DNA of 63,717 nucleotides, counting the filler, from Pelomyxa schiedti (lineage: Eukaryota > Protista > Evosea), in assembly GCA_020536535.1 (NCBI GenBank). It is 10 parts of 10 records of this genome, joined end to end, with 100 filler letters (N's around TTAATTAATTAA, not from the genome) between each part and the next. Parts side by side here need not be neighbours in the genome. Positions count along the whole stretch, not along the records: positions 38,557 to 43,257 come from JAHLWZ010000246.1; positions 43,358 to 45,904 come from JAHLWZ010001966.1; positions 46,005 to 47,557 come from JAHLWZ010002425.1; positions 47,658 to 49,036 come from JAHLWZ010002554.1; positions 49,137 to 55,748 come from JAHLWZ010001407.1; 5 more parts are not named here. One strand, written 5' to 3'. Below, in pieces: positions 40,318 to 50,642 of this stretch. The notes under the pieces were generated by a model. It did not search any database and was not told the origin of the DNA. It saw only the letters and a list, made by a program, of their open reading frames with translations. A program made the translations under genes and the position numbers. Each line of letters begins with the position of its first letter. Positions within the stretch are counted from its first letter, which is position 1.

Positions 40318-40385
40318 GGAGTTGTCGGAGAATACGATGGCTCCGGAGCTGAATACACTTCACGTTCATAATAACCACCACCCAT
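40318..40385 (-). CDS. 5' fragment MGGGYYEREVYSAPEPSYS, copy B
   Basis: ATG at 40385, open into the gap. Confidence 0.4.
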
Positions 40386-40623
40386 TGTCGTCAAGATCCA
40401 ACAGACACACCGTCCCGACCGTTGGTTGGTTTTTGTTTATTTTGGCCTTCTGTGGTTTTTCCCTGAAAGACACCGTTTCTTTACGAAAAGACATTCGGAT
40501 TCTCTCAGGTGAGTATCAATGGAAACAAGTATTACAGTTGAGACACACAAAGAGGGTTGGAGTTATTCCAAAAACTAGTAAAACATATGTTAAAACAGGT
40601 GGTATAGTGGGTAAATGGGTTTG

Positions 40624-42970
40624 TCACGGGTGTTGTTGAGAGTGTGGTGGGTCATGGCGGGGGACCTGTCGAAGTAAGTTGCGGGACTCGCTCATGATTG
40701 TGAGGTGCTGGGCCAAGGACTTCCCCATGAGGTTGTTCACGTTGTTGTCATTGTTTATGTAGTCGCGGAGCAGTGCAGAGAAAGCGTCGGCGGCGGCATC
40801 ATTCTTCACGTATGTGTGCAAGTGTACCTCGGTTTCAAGATTGCGAAGTTGAGCGTCGGCGGTGACTGTGATGCCAGATTAGTGGTTTGGTTTTTTTGTT
40901 CATTGGATACCGGTTGGATTCTGTAGTTGAACATCGATGATTCCAGCTAGATTACTACTATAGTCCTTAATGTGACCCACGATAGTTTTTACGCTATCCG
41001 GATGTAAAAAACTGCGCAGTACATGCACGATATGACCTGTAATTATGTGTTAGTATTGAGGAGGAAAGCCAGGCCATACCTATGGCGTGATCAGAGTGGC
41101 AAGCATCGACTTGTGCGGTTGCTGATGAAGGGCTTTTGCTTCTGGCCCTCCCTCCTCGGCTCATTTCCCTGGTGTTAGTACAGCGCCGCTTCGGAACAGC
41201 ACAAGGGACTGAGCAGGCAGAGGAATCGCAGGGCCCAGTGCCAATGTGAGCACTATCCCTTAAGGAGCCACGAGGAACTGTTGTTATAGTACAGGAACCA
41301 GGAGGCGGTGATGGAGTTGTGCTGTCTGGATCCAAGCTGGTTGCCGGGGTATTTAGGTTAATGGTCGTTTGTGGCCGTGGCGCTGTGGCTGTGGGGTATT
41401 AATTAGAAGTCCAGGAAAACACTCATCATACGTCTACTTTGATGCGCCCTTGCTTGAAGAACAAAAGAGGGTGACCTGACAAGTGAGCCCGGGGAAAGTT
41501 CTACAACAAGGTACAGTGCGGTTTGAAGATGATCCCTGAGATGAGTGTGGGTGTCAGAGCAGAAATCTGAGGGAGATTTTACCTTGACGAAGAACAACTG
41601 GACATGCAATCATCGAAGACAAAGTGTTCCATGCCATTTGGCAGAGTTGTGGACTGAAAAGGTGCTTGACCCCTAATTCCAATACTCAGAATTTTCTTAG
41701 TGGGGGAGCACTGCTTGCAGGACTTCAACTCTGCCAAAAATTGAGCAAAACTGCCAATTCAACTAAGTCGGAAAATTACCTTCACCTGTACCTTCCTTAT
41801 AGCATTTTGCATTTAGAGCAGCCAAAAGTATATCGTCAGTAGAGAGGTTCATTTGCCGCTTGGACTCAACATGAATGTTAAGAATAAGCTATACCAATGT
41901 TAGTATTTGTGGAAGTACGGGTAAAAGTACCGAAAACTTCTGGTGCTTAAAAATCTTGTAGGTCGAAAGTGACAGTTCCCCAATGGGAGCACTCGGAAGG
42001 GTAACGTCAGGCCCGTTTCCGTGATGGACGCCAGAATTTGAGGCATCCCCATACTTTCTGCTATTACGGTCCCTTGAGGATCTGAGTGGTTTTGAAGCTG
42101 GCTGCGAGGTTTGGTGTGATGATGGTTTGTGCGGAGACGCGTCATTGGAGCAATGCTGATAGTTTATTGTGCCAGGTGGTGCCGCTGAACGGTCCCGGCG
42201 TTGATGATTGTGATCAAGAGAAGTGATAGAGGGTGTGGAAGATGATAGCATTGGTTCTATAAGATTCTCTTCAGCTCGTCGAAAGGTAATCGGATTGCTA
42301 TATTGTTCTGCACGCGATTGCACCATAACTTGGGACAGCGGAGAGGGAGGTGTTTGTGTCTGGATTTGTTGAGGTATGAGAGCTTCTGTTTGTAATTGTG
42401 AAGGGGAGTTTGGCGGGGGTTGCCAGATGTGGGTAAATTGCTCATCGCTTTGAGGGAATGTAATTGGCGGTTGCAATGCAGGTATTTGTCCTGGGATATC
42501 TACTGGTGGCTGAGAAGATGGAGCAGCAGTCGTAGTATACTCCTGGAAAGATGTTATAAATTAGTTTTTAAGATGAAGTTGGCCAACCTCAACAAACAGA
42601 GTGTTGCCAGCGAATCTAGAACCGAGTAGGTTAGTTGTAGCTGCGTTTGTTATAACATTTCCGCGAGAGGTAGCCTAGAGGGCGTTAGTAAAGCAAAGCC
42701 TGGAGTGAGACACACGTCTTGGGGCTGGATATCAACACCTTGCGAATCAAATTTGTTTGCATTCAACTCGCTCTGATTTTCTTCTTGTGAAATTTGACCT
42801 TGTAGTAGTAGTTGCTGTTGCTGTTGTCGCCGCTCCTCCGTCTGCACTAGATACTCTAGATACTCTAGACACTGTAGATACTCTAGATACGCTAGTTTTT
42901 GTTCCCATGTCATCCACGCGAAAGCCGCCGGTTGGTACTCAGGTCCACCCTGTAATGCTGCTGGCATCAT
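40624..42970 (-). CDS. Putative CudA-like (Ig-fold) transcription factor, copy B
   Basis: Gln/Pro-rich N-terminus. Spliced core CKQCSPTKKILSIG...FVFDDCMSSCSSSR|DHLQTALYLVVEL...VRS.PF.LQAR resembles the amoebozoan CudA DNA-binding domain from memory. The 5' end is approximate. Confidence 0.55.
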
Positions 42971-43257
42971 CGGCCAGGGAGGGTGATCGGGTTCTGGGGG
43001 CTGTTGGCTGGGGTGTATTCTCACTTGTGGGATGGCGTGAAACTTTTACAGGTGAAGACACAAAATTGACTGTTTGATGTTGAAGCGACACTGAGGCTGG
43101 CTCTCAGAAAGTGAAACGACAAAAAGGAAAAAAGCCAAAGTGCTCGAGGGGTGATGTTTGATCGGTGCTGATGGACAAAAGCCGGCGGTTACTCGATGTC
43201 AGTGGACGATGCTTTTTGAAAAAAACTAAACTGTCGTCGTAGTTCTTAAATTGCCAG

Positions 43258-43357
43258 NNNNNNNNNNNNNNNNNNNNNNNNNNNNNNNNNNNNNNNNNNN
43301 NTTAATTAATTAANNNNNNNNNNNNNNNNNNNNNNNNNNNNNNNNNNNNNNNNNNNN
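43258..43357. other. Artificial contig spacer
   Basis: N44-TTAATTAATTAA-N44. Confidence 0.99.
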
Positions 43358-43711
43358 GATCCGCAGTGCCAGATCGTTTGCGGGTATCCTGACCCCTATG
43401 AGACTGGTGCCTCCGGTGAGAATCTCCGGTACGCATTTCCGTACCTGTACGACAACGGTAACCGGGCCCGGAAGGAAAGTCTCGATAAATCCCGACATCC
43501 ACGGCTCAAGTCTTCCGACCGCATCAAGCATCTCGAAATCGGAAACCGCTATCGATACCGGCATTCCAAGCGGGCGCTTCTTCACTTCGTAGACCTTGTA
43601 GATAGCTTCTTCTGAGAGCGCGTCAGCGCCGAGACCATAGATGGTGTCCGTGGGATATACAATGAGCCCGTCATGGCTGAGAACAGAGACCGCCCGCTCA
43701 AAGGTATCCAT
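43358..43711 (-). CDS. sua5: L-threonylcarbamoyladenylate synthase (Sua5/TsaC), archaeal, 3'-truncated
   Basis: IVYPTDTIYGLGAD, IYKVYEVKKRP, LPGPVT, IGVRIP. Intronless. Confidence 0.93.
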
Positions 43712-44395
43712 TTAAAATTCCCGCCCTTTGACCCGGTTGATATCGAAGACCGCTTTGCTGCTCACCTGCATGACTGCAAAGACTCCTGCCTGGATGGGAT
43801 CGGTAACCACCAGATCAGCGTGTTCAGGAACCGTTCCTGCCATTTTCAGGGCAATGACAGGGATACCCGCTTCCCGCACACGATCCACTGCGCGGGAGAT
43901 GTCGCCCCCCATGATCGATCCGGCAAGAACAAGGATCGAGGCTCGCGGCAGCCGGGCAACTGCATCGACTGCGTGGGCGAGGGTCCGTTCCCCGACAAGC
44001 GGGATAGTATCGATGGATATCCGCTCCCCCCGGATATTATGCCGGTCCGCTTCGTTTACCGCCCCGAGCGCAACCTGGGCAACCTGAGCTCCACCGCCAA
44101 TGATGATCACCCGCTTCCCGAAGATATCCCCGAACGGCTGATGGGTTGTTACCCGTTTGACCGAGGGGATCCGCACCATATCCTCAATAAGCGTATCCCG
44201 GTCGGAGGGATCGTCATTATCGTACTCAAAATAGAGTTCTGCCATCCCGCAGAATGGTCCGGAATCGAACACTTCCTGGTTGATCATCACGATATTTGCT
44301 TCGTGGTCTGCAACAACCGTTGCAATATCACGCAGGACCCCACGGCGGTTCTCCGCGATGATCCGCATTGCTGAACGCTCAGGTTCCGTATCCAT
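43712..44395 (-). CDS. ACT-domain (Af1403-type)/DUF5612 protein typical of methanogens
   Basis: IIAENRRGVLRDIA ACT motif, then FGKRVIIIGGGAQVAQVALGAVNEADRHNIRGERISIDTIPLVGE...LAGSIMGG. Confidence 0.85.
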   Translation of the reverse strand: MDTEPERSAMRIIAENRRGVLRDIATVVADHEANIVMINQEVFDSGPFCGMAELYFEYDNDDPSDRDTLIEDMVRIPSVKRVTTHQPFGDIFGKRVIIIGGGAQVAQVALGAVNEADRHNIRGERISIDTIPLVGERTLAHAVDAVARLPRASILVLAGSIMGGDISRAVDRVREAGIPVIALKMAGTVPEHADLVVTDPIQAGVFAVMQVSSKAVFDINRVKGREF

Positions 44396-44402
44396 AAATC
44401 CA

Positions 44403-44473
44403 TGCGATAACCGGGGATCGAACCCGGGTTAGAAGCTTGGGAAGCTCCTGTCCTACCGCTAGACTATTATCGC
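44403..44473 (-). tRNA. tRNA-Gly (anticodon CCC), archaeal, intronless, CCA not encoded
   Basis: GCGATAA-TA-GTCTAGCGGTAGGAC-A-GGAGC-TTCCCAA-GCTTC-TAAC-CCGGG-TTCGATC-CCCGG-TTATCGC-A folds into a full cloverleaf. Confidence 0.96.
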
Positions 44474-44739
44474 GCACGTATGCTTGTGCCCTTCTAGTAT
44501 TGCGTTATTTTCAAGATAAATCTAGTGCCTGTTTCACATAATCCGGTGACTGCCACTTAGGCTGTCATACCTGGAACATATGGCCGCAGAAGTGTATGAT
44601 TCGATATTTATAAGAAAGGCCGGACAGCATAATAATTACAGCACTTTCCCGCATCCTTCCGTCGTTTCCGGTTGAATGGTACAATCGCGCATACGCTAAA
44701 ACCATTTTCCCCCTCCGGGTCTTCCCCAACAGGACGGGA

Positions 44740-45699
44740 TTGAAGATAAACATGGAGCACCTCATGCATCTGAAAAAGATCCTGTTTGTTACACTTATTC
44801 TGGCAGGCTTCCTGCTTATGGTACCGCCGATCATGGCCCAATCCGGTGAGCGGACGGTTGTTTACCAGACCTCCTTTGATTCAGATCCCAAGTGGACGAC
44901 GAACAGCCCCTCAAATTACTACTGGGACCCCTCCCTTGCCGTCTATCACTTCTCTGTCGAGAAGAGTTCGGGGGCATATTCTTACAAGGTAGTTGACTTT
45001 GAGAGCGGCCCCTTCATGCTGGAGTACGATCTCCTCTTCACCAAATTTGACAAAGAGGCATATTTCGGCCTCGGCTTTTCGAATTCTGAGATGGATATAG
45101 GAAAAGGCCCGAACGTCGTAACGCAGTACACTAATGCGAAGTACGGGCAGATCATGTGGCTCCACCTCATCACCAACGGTAACAAGGCTATGGATATCAA
45201 CAGCGTGCACCTCCCGTCAGAACTGGGGCCGGACGCCTATGCCGGGCCGACTGTCAGGTTCGAGGTTAACAAGACATATCATGTCGTTATGAACTACGAT
45301 GACGGCTCCAAGACGCTGGAGATGCGGGTAATCGAAAAGATGAGCGGGAAGGTGATCTGGAACTATTACATGAATACCTGGGAGAACCTCCATAGTCTGA
45401 ACCGGATATACATGGGAGCGGTCGGTGTGTATGGGCGGATGAACATCTATTCGCAGGGATATATCGACAATCTCCGGCTCTCGACGCCCTCTGCTTCACC
45501 TTCTGTAACAACCACGGTACCGGTTTCGACTGCTCCGACCTATCCGATAAACACGTCAAAGACTACGCGTAAAGTCGCAGTTACCGTACCCACATCATAT
45601 CCCCCGGTATCCCAGAATTCACCGGTCTCGGTAATCCACGTCATAGGCGCATTGGGAATTGTCGGCGTAACATACCTTCACAAGAGAAATGGGAAGTAA
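44740..45699 (+). CDS. Archaeal exported/surface protein with a Thr-rich linker and an archaeosortase-type C-terminal anchor
   Basis: Signal peptide KKILFVTLILAGFLLMVPPIMA, beta-rich core, PSVTTTVPVSTAPT linker, then NSPVS + transmembrane helix + HKRNGK. Confidence 0.75.
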   Translation: MKINMEHLMHLKKILFVTLILAGFLLMVPPIMAQSGERTVVYQTSFDSDPKWTTNSPSNYYWDPSLAVYHFSVEKSSGAYSYKVVDFESGPFMLEYDLLFTKFDKEAYFGLGFSNSEMDIGKGPNVVTQYTNAKYGQIMWLHLITNGNKAMDINSVHLPSELGPDAYAGPTVRFEVNKTYHVVMNYDDGSKTLEMRVIEKMSGKVIWNYYMNTWENLHSLNRIYMGAVGVYGRMNIYSQGYIDNLRLSTPSASPSVTTTVPVSTAPTYPINTSKTTRKVAVTVPTSYPPVSQNSPVSVIHVIGALGIVGVTYLHKRNGK

Positions 45700-45904
45700 C
45701 GTTGGTTGAGGGTGAAACGTTCCCGGACGATTTGGATCTGTGAATACGATCCGGTTTTTCTTTTTAATCGAATAGGACTTACACCCTTGGTTTTGACCGA
45801 AAGATCTAAGAGTTAGTAGCGCCCATCCAAGGGTTAGACAAACCCGGGATGGAGATCGAACGAGAGTGAATCCTCCGAAATGCACGAGCGGCAATTTTGT
45901 AAAC

Positions 45905-46004
45905 NNNNNNNNNNNNNNNNNNNNNNNNNNNNNNNNNNNNNNNNNNNNTTAATTAATTAANNNNNNNNNNNNNNNNNNNNNNNNNNNNNNNNNNNNNNNN
46001 NNNN
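45905..46004. other. Artificial contig spacer
   Basis: N44-TTAATTAATTAA-N44. Confidence 0.99.
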
Positions 46005-46154
46005 CGCTGATCAAGTTGATCAGCTCTCAGCGGTAAGACTTTATCACTTGGCCCAACTCACAAAGTGGAGCCGAGTGTATATATGGGTCACTATGGCCAG
46101 AGCATTTTTTTCCTGCAAATGTCTTCTGCCACTACATCCTTTTTTGCAGACCAA

Positions 46155-46523
46155 ATGACGTCGTTCCTGCTTCTCAAACACACACGCCGGTTTGCCCCTG
46201 TCGGCTATGCCTATGTACTGTATGAATGACGTCATGTCGGGGACTGTGACATCTTTGCCAGCATGGTGGTTTCCCCTGTGACCTTGGGAGTGGTGAGCAT
46301 GAAGAGGTCGTACAGAGTGGGGAATGAAGATGAGACAGACCCCTGGTGGATGAGAATCAACTCCACGCCATTGTCCCATGGACGCCGCGGGGACCTGCAG
46401 TTGCAAATGAGTTCTGACCTCATCGTGGGGGAGCGCATTCATGGGTGGGGGTGGGCTGTGCACAACACTGCAAAACGACAGTGTGGGCAACACAGGGTTC
46501 ACATGGTCACTCAGGAAACGTAA
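46155..46523 (+). pseudogene. Probable decayed member of an expanded hypothetical family
   Basis: Frame MTSFLLLKHTRRFAPV...YE*RH...VVSPVTLGVV resembles the RRF...STLG segment of 27560-28789 but has an in-frame TGA at 46227-46229 and more stops downstream. Confidence 0.3.
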
Positions 46524-47285
46524 TGGGTCATCGCCAAAACGAAAGAGATACACTTTCTGAATAATGTCAAAGAAAAACACATTTGGCTGAATAAAAAAAA
46601 CACAGACCGCCGATCCTGAGCGAGGACAACGAAAATGACAGCGTTCCGGTCTGTTGATTATTTTATTCAGCCATTTGTTTTTTCTTGTGACACTTCACAG
46701 TGTCTTTAAGGGTATTGGGAATCAAGAACAAAACTGGAGTGTCGTATGGAGTGTGGAGCACAGTGGAAATTCAAGAGTGAGTACACAGAATCCAGTGAAT
46801 GGTTCAATCACCCTGAGGTGTGATCCAGCATTGCATAACAGGAACCCTGATCCTGACCTCACTCCCAATGCCCTTCTCTGGTTGAACTCGGTGCTTATGT
46901 TTCCAGTTTGGTTGTGCCGAGGTAGATTGGGTTTGGATAGTGACCACCACACTGTGAGGTGTGCTGGGGTGTTGATGGTTGTTGTTTTACTTGTAGTAAG
47001 GGAGAAAGAAGGAAAGAAGCCCTTGTTTACTTTAGCTTTTTTGCTTTAGCCACTGTGGTGTTGTTCCCGCCTTGTAAAGGCACTAGAATCACCTAGGTGT
47101 CGCCTGAATCTCCCTCAGGGTCCCAAAAGATTCGCGGTTTCTTTTTTCGTTCGGTTTGCTTTCGTCTTCGTGAACCGCGACGTTCCTTGTCGAGATGCGA
47201 ACAGCTACGTCGGCACCGCGCGCGCTCGAAACGTCGTCGGCACCAAAAAAATTTGAATTTGCCGCTTTGCTAAACAGTGTCGAGG

Positions 47286-47557
47286 ATGGACCCGAGTGGT
47301 GGTGCGACACAGCAGACGTACACGACCGATGCACTGACTGCACGTGCGCAACGAGCAGGGGAATGCGACGGAGACGACGGCTGGGACATTGTCCTCCCCG
47401 CCAAGCGCCCCTCCGCATTCGTGTCGGCATCGGGGCCGGCGGCGACGACATCTACAGCAGCAGCACGCGCTGTGGATGCTCGCGCTTCACGTGGCGGCTC
47501 TGGCGCACTTGGTGGCGATGGAGGGGAGGCTGAGGCTGAGGATGGGGATGAAGCTGA
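47286..47557 (+). CDS. 5' fragment of a hypothetical protein (GC-rich, runs into the spacer)
   Basis: ATG at 47286, open to the contig end. The GC-rich 5' end matches other genes here. Confidence 0.35.
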
Positions 47558-47657
47558 NNNNNNNNNNNNNNNNNNNNNNNNNNNNNNNNNNNNNNNNNNN
47601 NTTAATTAATTAANNNNNNNNNNNNNNNNNNNNNNNNNNNNNNNNNNNNNNNNNNNN
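47558..47657. other. Artificial contig spacer
   Basis: N44-TTAATTAATTAA-N44. Confidence 0.99.
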
Positions 47658-48314
47658 AAGCCCAAAACACAACAACAAGCGTACCGACTACTTTCCTGGT
47701 AAAGAGAAGAGCGGGCAGGTCAGCGAGGGTCTTAATTGTGGTCAATGGCTCCTGCGGGGTGACATCCGCACACCTTTCGTCGTGTGCGAACGGCCACTTC
47801 TTCTTTACTTCAGCAGGTGGTTGTTTTTCCGCCTCCTTCTCCACCTTTTGTATTTGGACCGTAGGAGGCTTGTCGTACTGTTTCTTTTTAAACACAATCG
47901 AAACCGTGTTGTGGAATTGAATACTAAAGTGTGGTTAACACAAAGCAAGAAAGGCAACCCTCGAGGGACATCTGTTATTGTGTGCTGCCACCAGAACTCT
48001 CTCCTGAAATATATCTTAATCCCTTAGAGAACCGGTTTGCAAGAACTTAATTTGTTCTGCCCTGGTTGATGTGCTGTGCTCACAAATAAAGGCCTTCAAC
48101 AATGCAGCAATGAGTTCTGGCATTTTTGAAGGACGCCCTCCTCCATGGATTGGCTTGTAGTCTGGTGGTCTGTGGCGATACCGACACACTGTACTGACTG
48201 TAACTCCTTCCTCGCAGGCAACTCAGCAGGCATCCTACTGCACACGCCTCAACAGGGTGCTGGCTTCTCTTGGCCTTTTCAAGTTACCCTTTTTTTTTCC
48301 CCTATGTACATACA

Positions 48315-48536
48315 ATGGTGCAGACATTGCATCCCAACAGAGCGGTAATGCTCATGGTGAGGGTGCTCATGCTGGCAGTGCTCACAGTGGCAGTGTGCAC
48401 AGTGAGAGTGCTCATGGTGTGTGCAGCAGTGGTGCACATGGTGATGGTGATTGCAATGGGGATGCTTGTGGTGGTGCTGGTGGCAGCACTTCAGGTGCTT
48501 GTGATGGTGGCAGATCCTGCAGTGGTGATGACTGCA
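48315..48536 (-). CDS. His/Cys-rich exon (74 aa: 33 His, 13 Cys) of an unresolved gene
   Basis: Minus-strand frame CSHHHCRICHHHKHLKCCHQHHHKHPHCNHHHHVHHCCTHHEHSHCAHCHCEHCQHEHPHHEHYRSVGMQCLHH. Mixed CAC/CAT and TGC/TGT codons. A plausible acceptor lies just upstream and GTATGT just downstream. Confidence 0.55.
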
Positions 48537-49036
48537 ATTAATGCTGCTGGAGATTTATCTTGCATGGATGAAGCTTCATTCCAAGACCTGAGATGCACCA
48601 GAAGCCCTTGACCTCCTGCAGCAGCACAACATTGACTTCATTAAAATACCTCCTCATTCCTCCCATTCTTCAGCCTTTGGACATCTGTTCTTCAATGTGA
48701 CACAAAAGCAGGGAATCACAGGATTCAACATTGCTATTGTTCCAAAGCTTGGTGTTGAGGAGATTTGACTGAGCCACCATAGAAGAGATTTTTTCACCAG
48801 ACCCTCACACTTTCTATTCGGCTTCTCGCTCCGGTGAATTGTTGGCAATGACTTGTACAACACAATGGAAACACTTTCATTGAAGCCACACAACGCATTG
48901 CGTACGAGCACCAGTTACAGTGGTTTGCGAAAGTCGTGAAAAAATTCCGAAACAATTTTTGCATCTGGAAAATTGTGTGTGGTGGAGGTGGTGTGTTGGT
49001 AACGTGGAAGTCGTAGGCAACTGGCCAAACAAGGAA

Positions 49037-49136
49037 NNNNNNNNNNNNNNNNNNNNNNNNNNNNNNNNNNNNNNNNNNNNTTAATTAATTAANNNNNNNN
49101 NNNNNNNNNNNNNNNNNNNNNNNNNNNNNNNNNNNN
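49037..49136. other. Artificial contig spacer
   Basis: N44-TTAATTAATTAA-N44. Confidence 0.99.
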
Positions 49137-50642
49137 TTTCTACCACCCACCTTTTTGAAAGACTGTTCACAACTATGCTAGCCTCAAGGTGTGGATGTTT
49201 CAAATGCCAACACTGCTGAATGGGTGGACTTCATCACTCATGAAACAAACAGTAAGTGCTTTATATTTATTATTGCAAATCATATATTTTCTGAAGGCTA
49301 TGAGAATGGTATAATGCTCTTTATTGGAAGTATAACATTAGTTGGACTACTGTCTTGGTGCATGTATACAGTACATTCCTTTCCTCACTAAAGTGGGGGC
49401 CTTAACTAGTTTTAGGCATATGGGCTTGTGGGTTTCCCGTTATCTCTGATTAAGGGGTTCCGACAAATAGAAAAAGACCTCAAAGTGATTGGTACTGATA
49501 TTGATAAGAACAAATCGGAAGTTCGTGCCATACATGCAAAATACCTTGGTGGAAGAACTATGTCGGTTGAAGACGAGGAAAGGCTCAAACTTCTAAAGAG
49601 GCAAGAAGAGTGCGTCCCGTTTTATGTCTTTTCGTTTCGTGTAAAATTTTGCAAAATTCAGAATTATGCAAAACGAGACCTGGAAAATAAAGCACAGCTC
49701 CCGGTGCTGGAGTTTTATTAGGCTCTTAAACAGATATAGCTTTGTGTTCGGAATATTCTTTTTCCTCGTTTCTGTACTCATAATGGTTTCCATTATTATC
49801 AGCCAAATCAATAGTGTATATTCTCTTTTTATTCAACCCCATATTGAAGGTCCACAGATTTTATATTCACCCTGTGGTATTGGCTGCGGTTTTATGCTGT
49901 CTCACCCCGACATCCCAAATCCCGTTGACGGACTTCTTGTCCTTCTTTCTCCTGTACGAGTATATATTATGCAGAAAAGAATACTAACTTGGCTTCAGTA
50001 CTTTCCGTTGGATTATGCAATTTACATACCTCTAGTAGCCTATCTTGTAGCTTGTACAATATATAGCGTTCAACTCTTTGGGATAAGGCTCATATGTATT
50101 CCTGTATTATTGCGTTGTGTGCTTCTTTGTTTAATTTTCTGCAGATAGGAGTACTCGAGAGTCATAAAACACTGCCGCAAGCATTGTTGTCTCTATGTCT
50201 AGTTACAATTTTAGCAATGCTGGGGCTGAACTTACAACTTCCGTTATTGGCTCCCCAGTATGTGCTCTTCGGGCCTCAAGAATGGACCAATTATGTACGC
50301 ACTCCATATCAACGCAACCATTCACACAGATAAAGAACAACACGAGTGTCTCGTGCTCATTTGAGGCACCAGTGTCATCCTGTGTGCTCTCTGAGATGGG
50401 GAAATTCATTACAGGCGTGCAACTGGACCTGAATATCTTTGCCCACGCTCTTTTCTGGGTGACCTGGCTGTTTGTATTTCTATGGTTCTGTGGTAAAGCA
50501 CACAACCACCCAACACCAATCCGATCTAACCCCAAAAAAAGCCGTCATGCACGTTCTCGTTCAACGAAAAAGAGCTCACGACCAATCCATGCGGGACGCA
50601 GTGGAATCGCCGGTGTTGCTCGAAACAACCACTAAAGTTTAG
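49137..50642 (+). CDS. LMBRD1: Lysosomal cobalamin transport escort protein LMBD1 (5'-truncated)
   Basis: YT|AYG..GFPLSLIKG, FGIFFFLVS, NPVD, FPLDY, TLPQALL, LAPQYVLFGPQ and a final transmembrane helix follow the LMBRD1 order. Confidence 0.82.

Larger units (their letters stand above)
38557..42016. repeat. Diverged direct duplication of ~1.7 kb (38557-40217 and 40318-42016)
   Basis: Both copies start at the same base (GGAGTTGTCGGAG) after a gap. They differ by scattered SNPs and small indels. Confidence 0.95.

Noticed and set aside
42847-42895. 9-bp tandem repeat (CTAGATACT)n as a CRISPR-like array
   Set aside because: It has no spacers and the unit is too short. It is a minisatellite inside a probable exon.
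43673-44374. 233-aa plus-strand ORF, and similar long ORFs at 27567-28624, 58793-59272 and 61060-62088
   Set aside because: These are antisense shadows of well-supported opposite-strand genes in GC-rich sequence, with no motifs of their own.
44474-44620. Archaeal TATA/BRE elements between the tRNA and the surface-protein gene
   Set aside because: Several AT-rich candidates exist, but none can be assigned without a mapped TSS.
43358-45904. Horizontal transfer of archaeal genes into the amoeba chromosome
   Set aside because: The segment is a whole contig bounded by spacers, with no eukaryotic flank and no introns.
45700-45904. Possible archaeal rRNA operon promoter and leader (CCGAAAGATCTAAG) at the contig end
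   Set aside because: The BRE/TATA match is weak and no rRNA sequence is present. It needs a BLASTn against Methanoregula genomes.
46006-46024. GCTGATCAA-G-TTGATCAGC hairpin at the contig start
   Set aside because: Only 9 bp, at a contig edge, with no partner end or target-site duplication. It could be chance or an amplification artefact.
46227-46229. In-frame TGA as selenocysteine or codon reassignment
   Set aside because: TGA ends conserved genes here (10753, 24500, 27418), and further stops follow, so decay is simpler.
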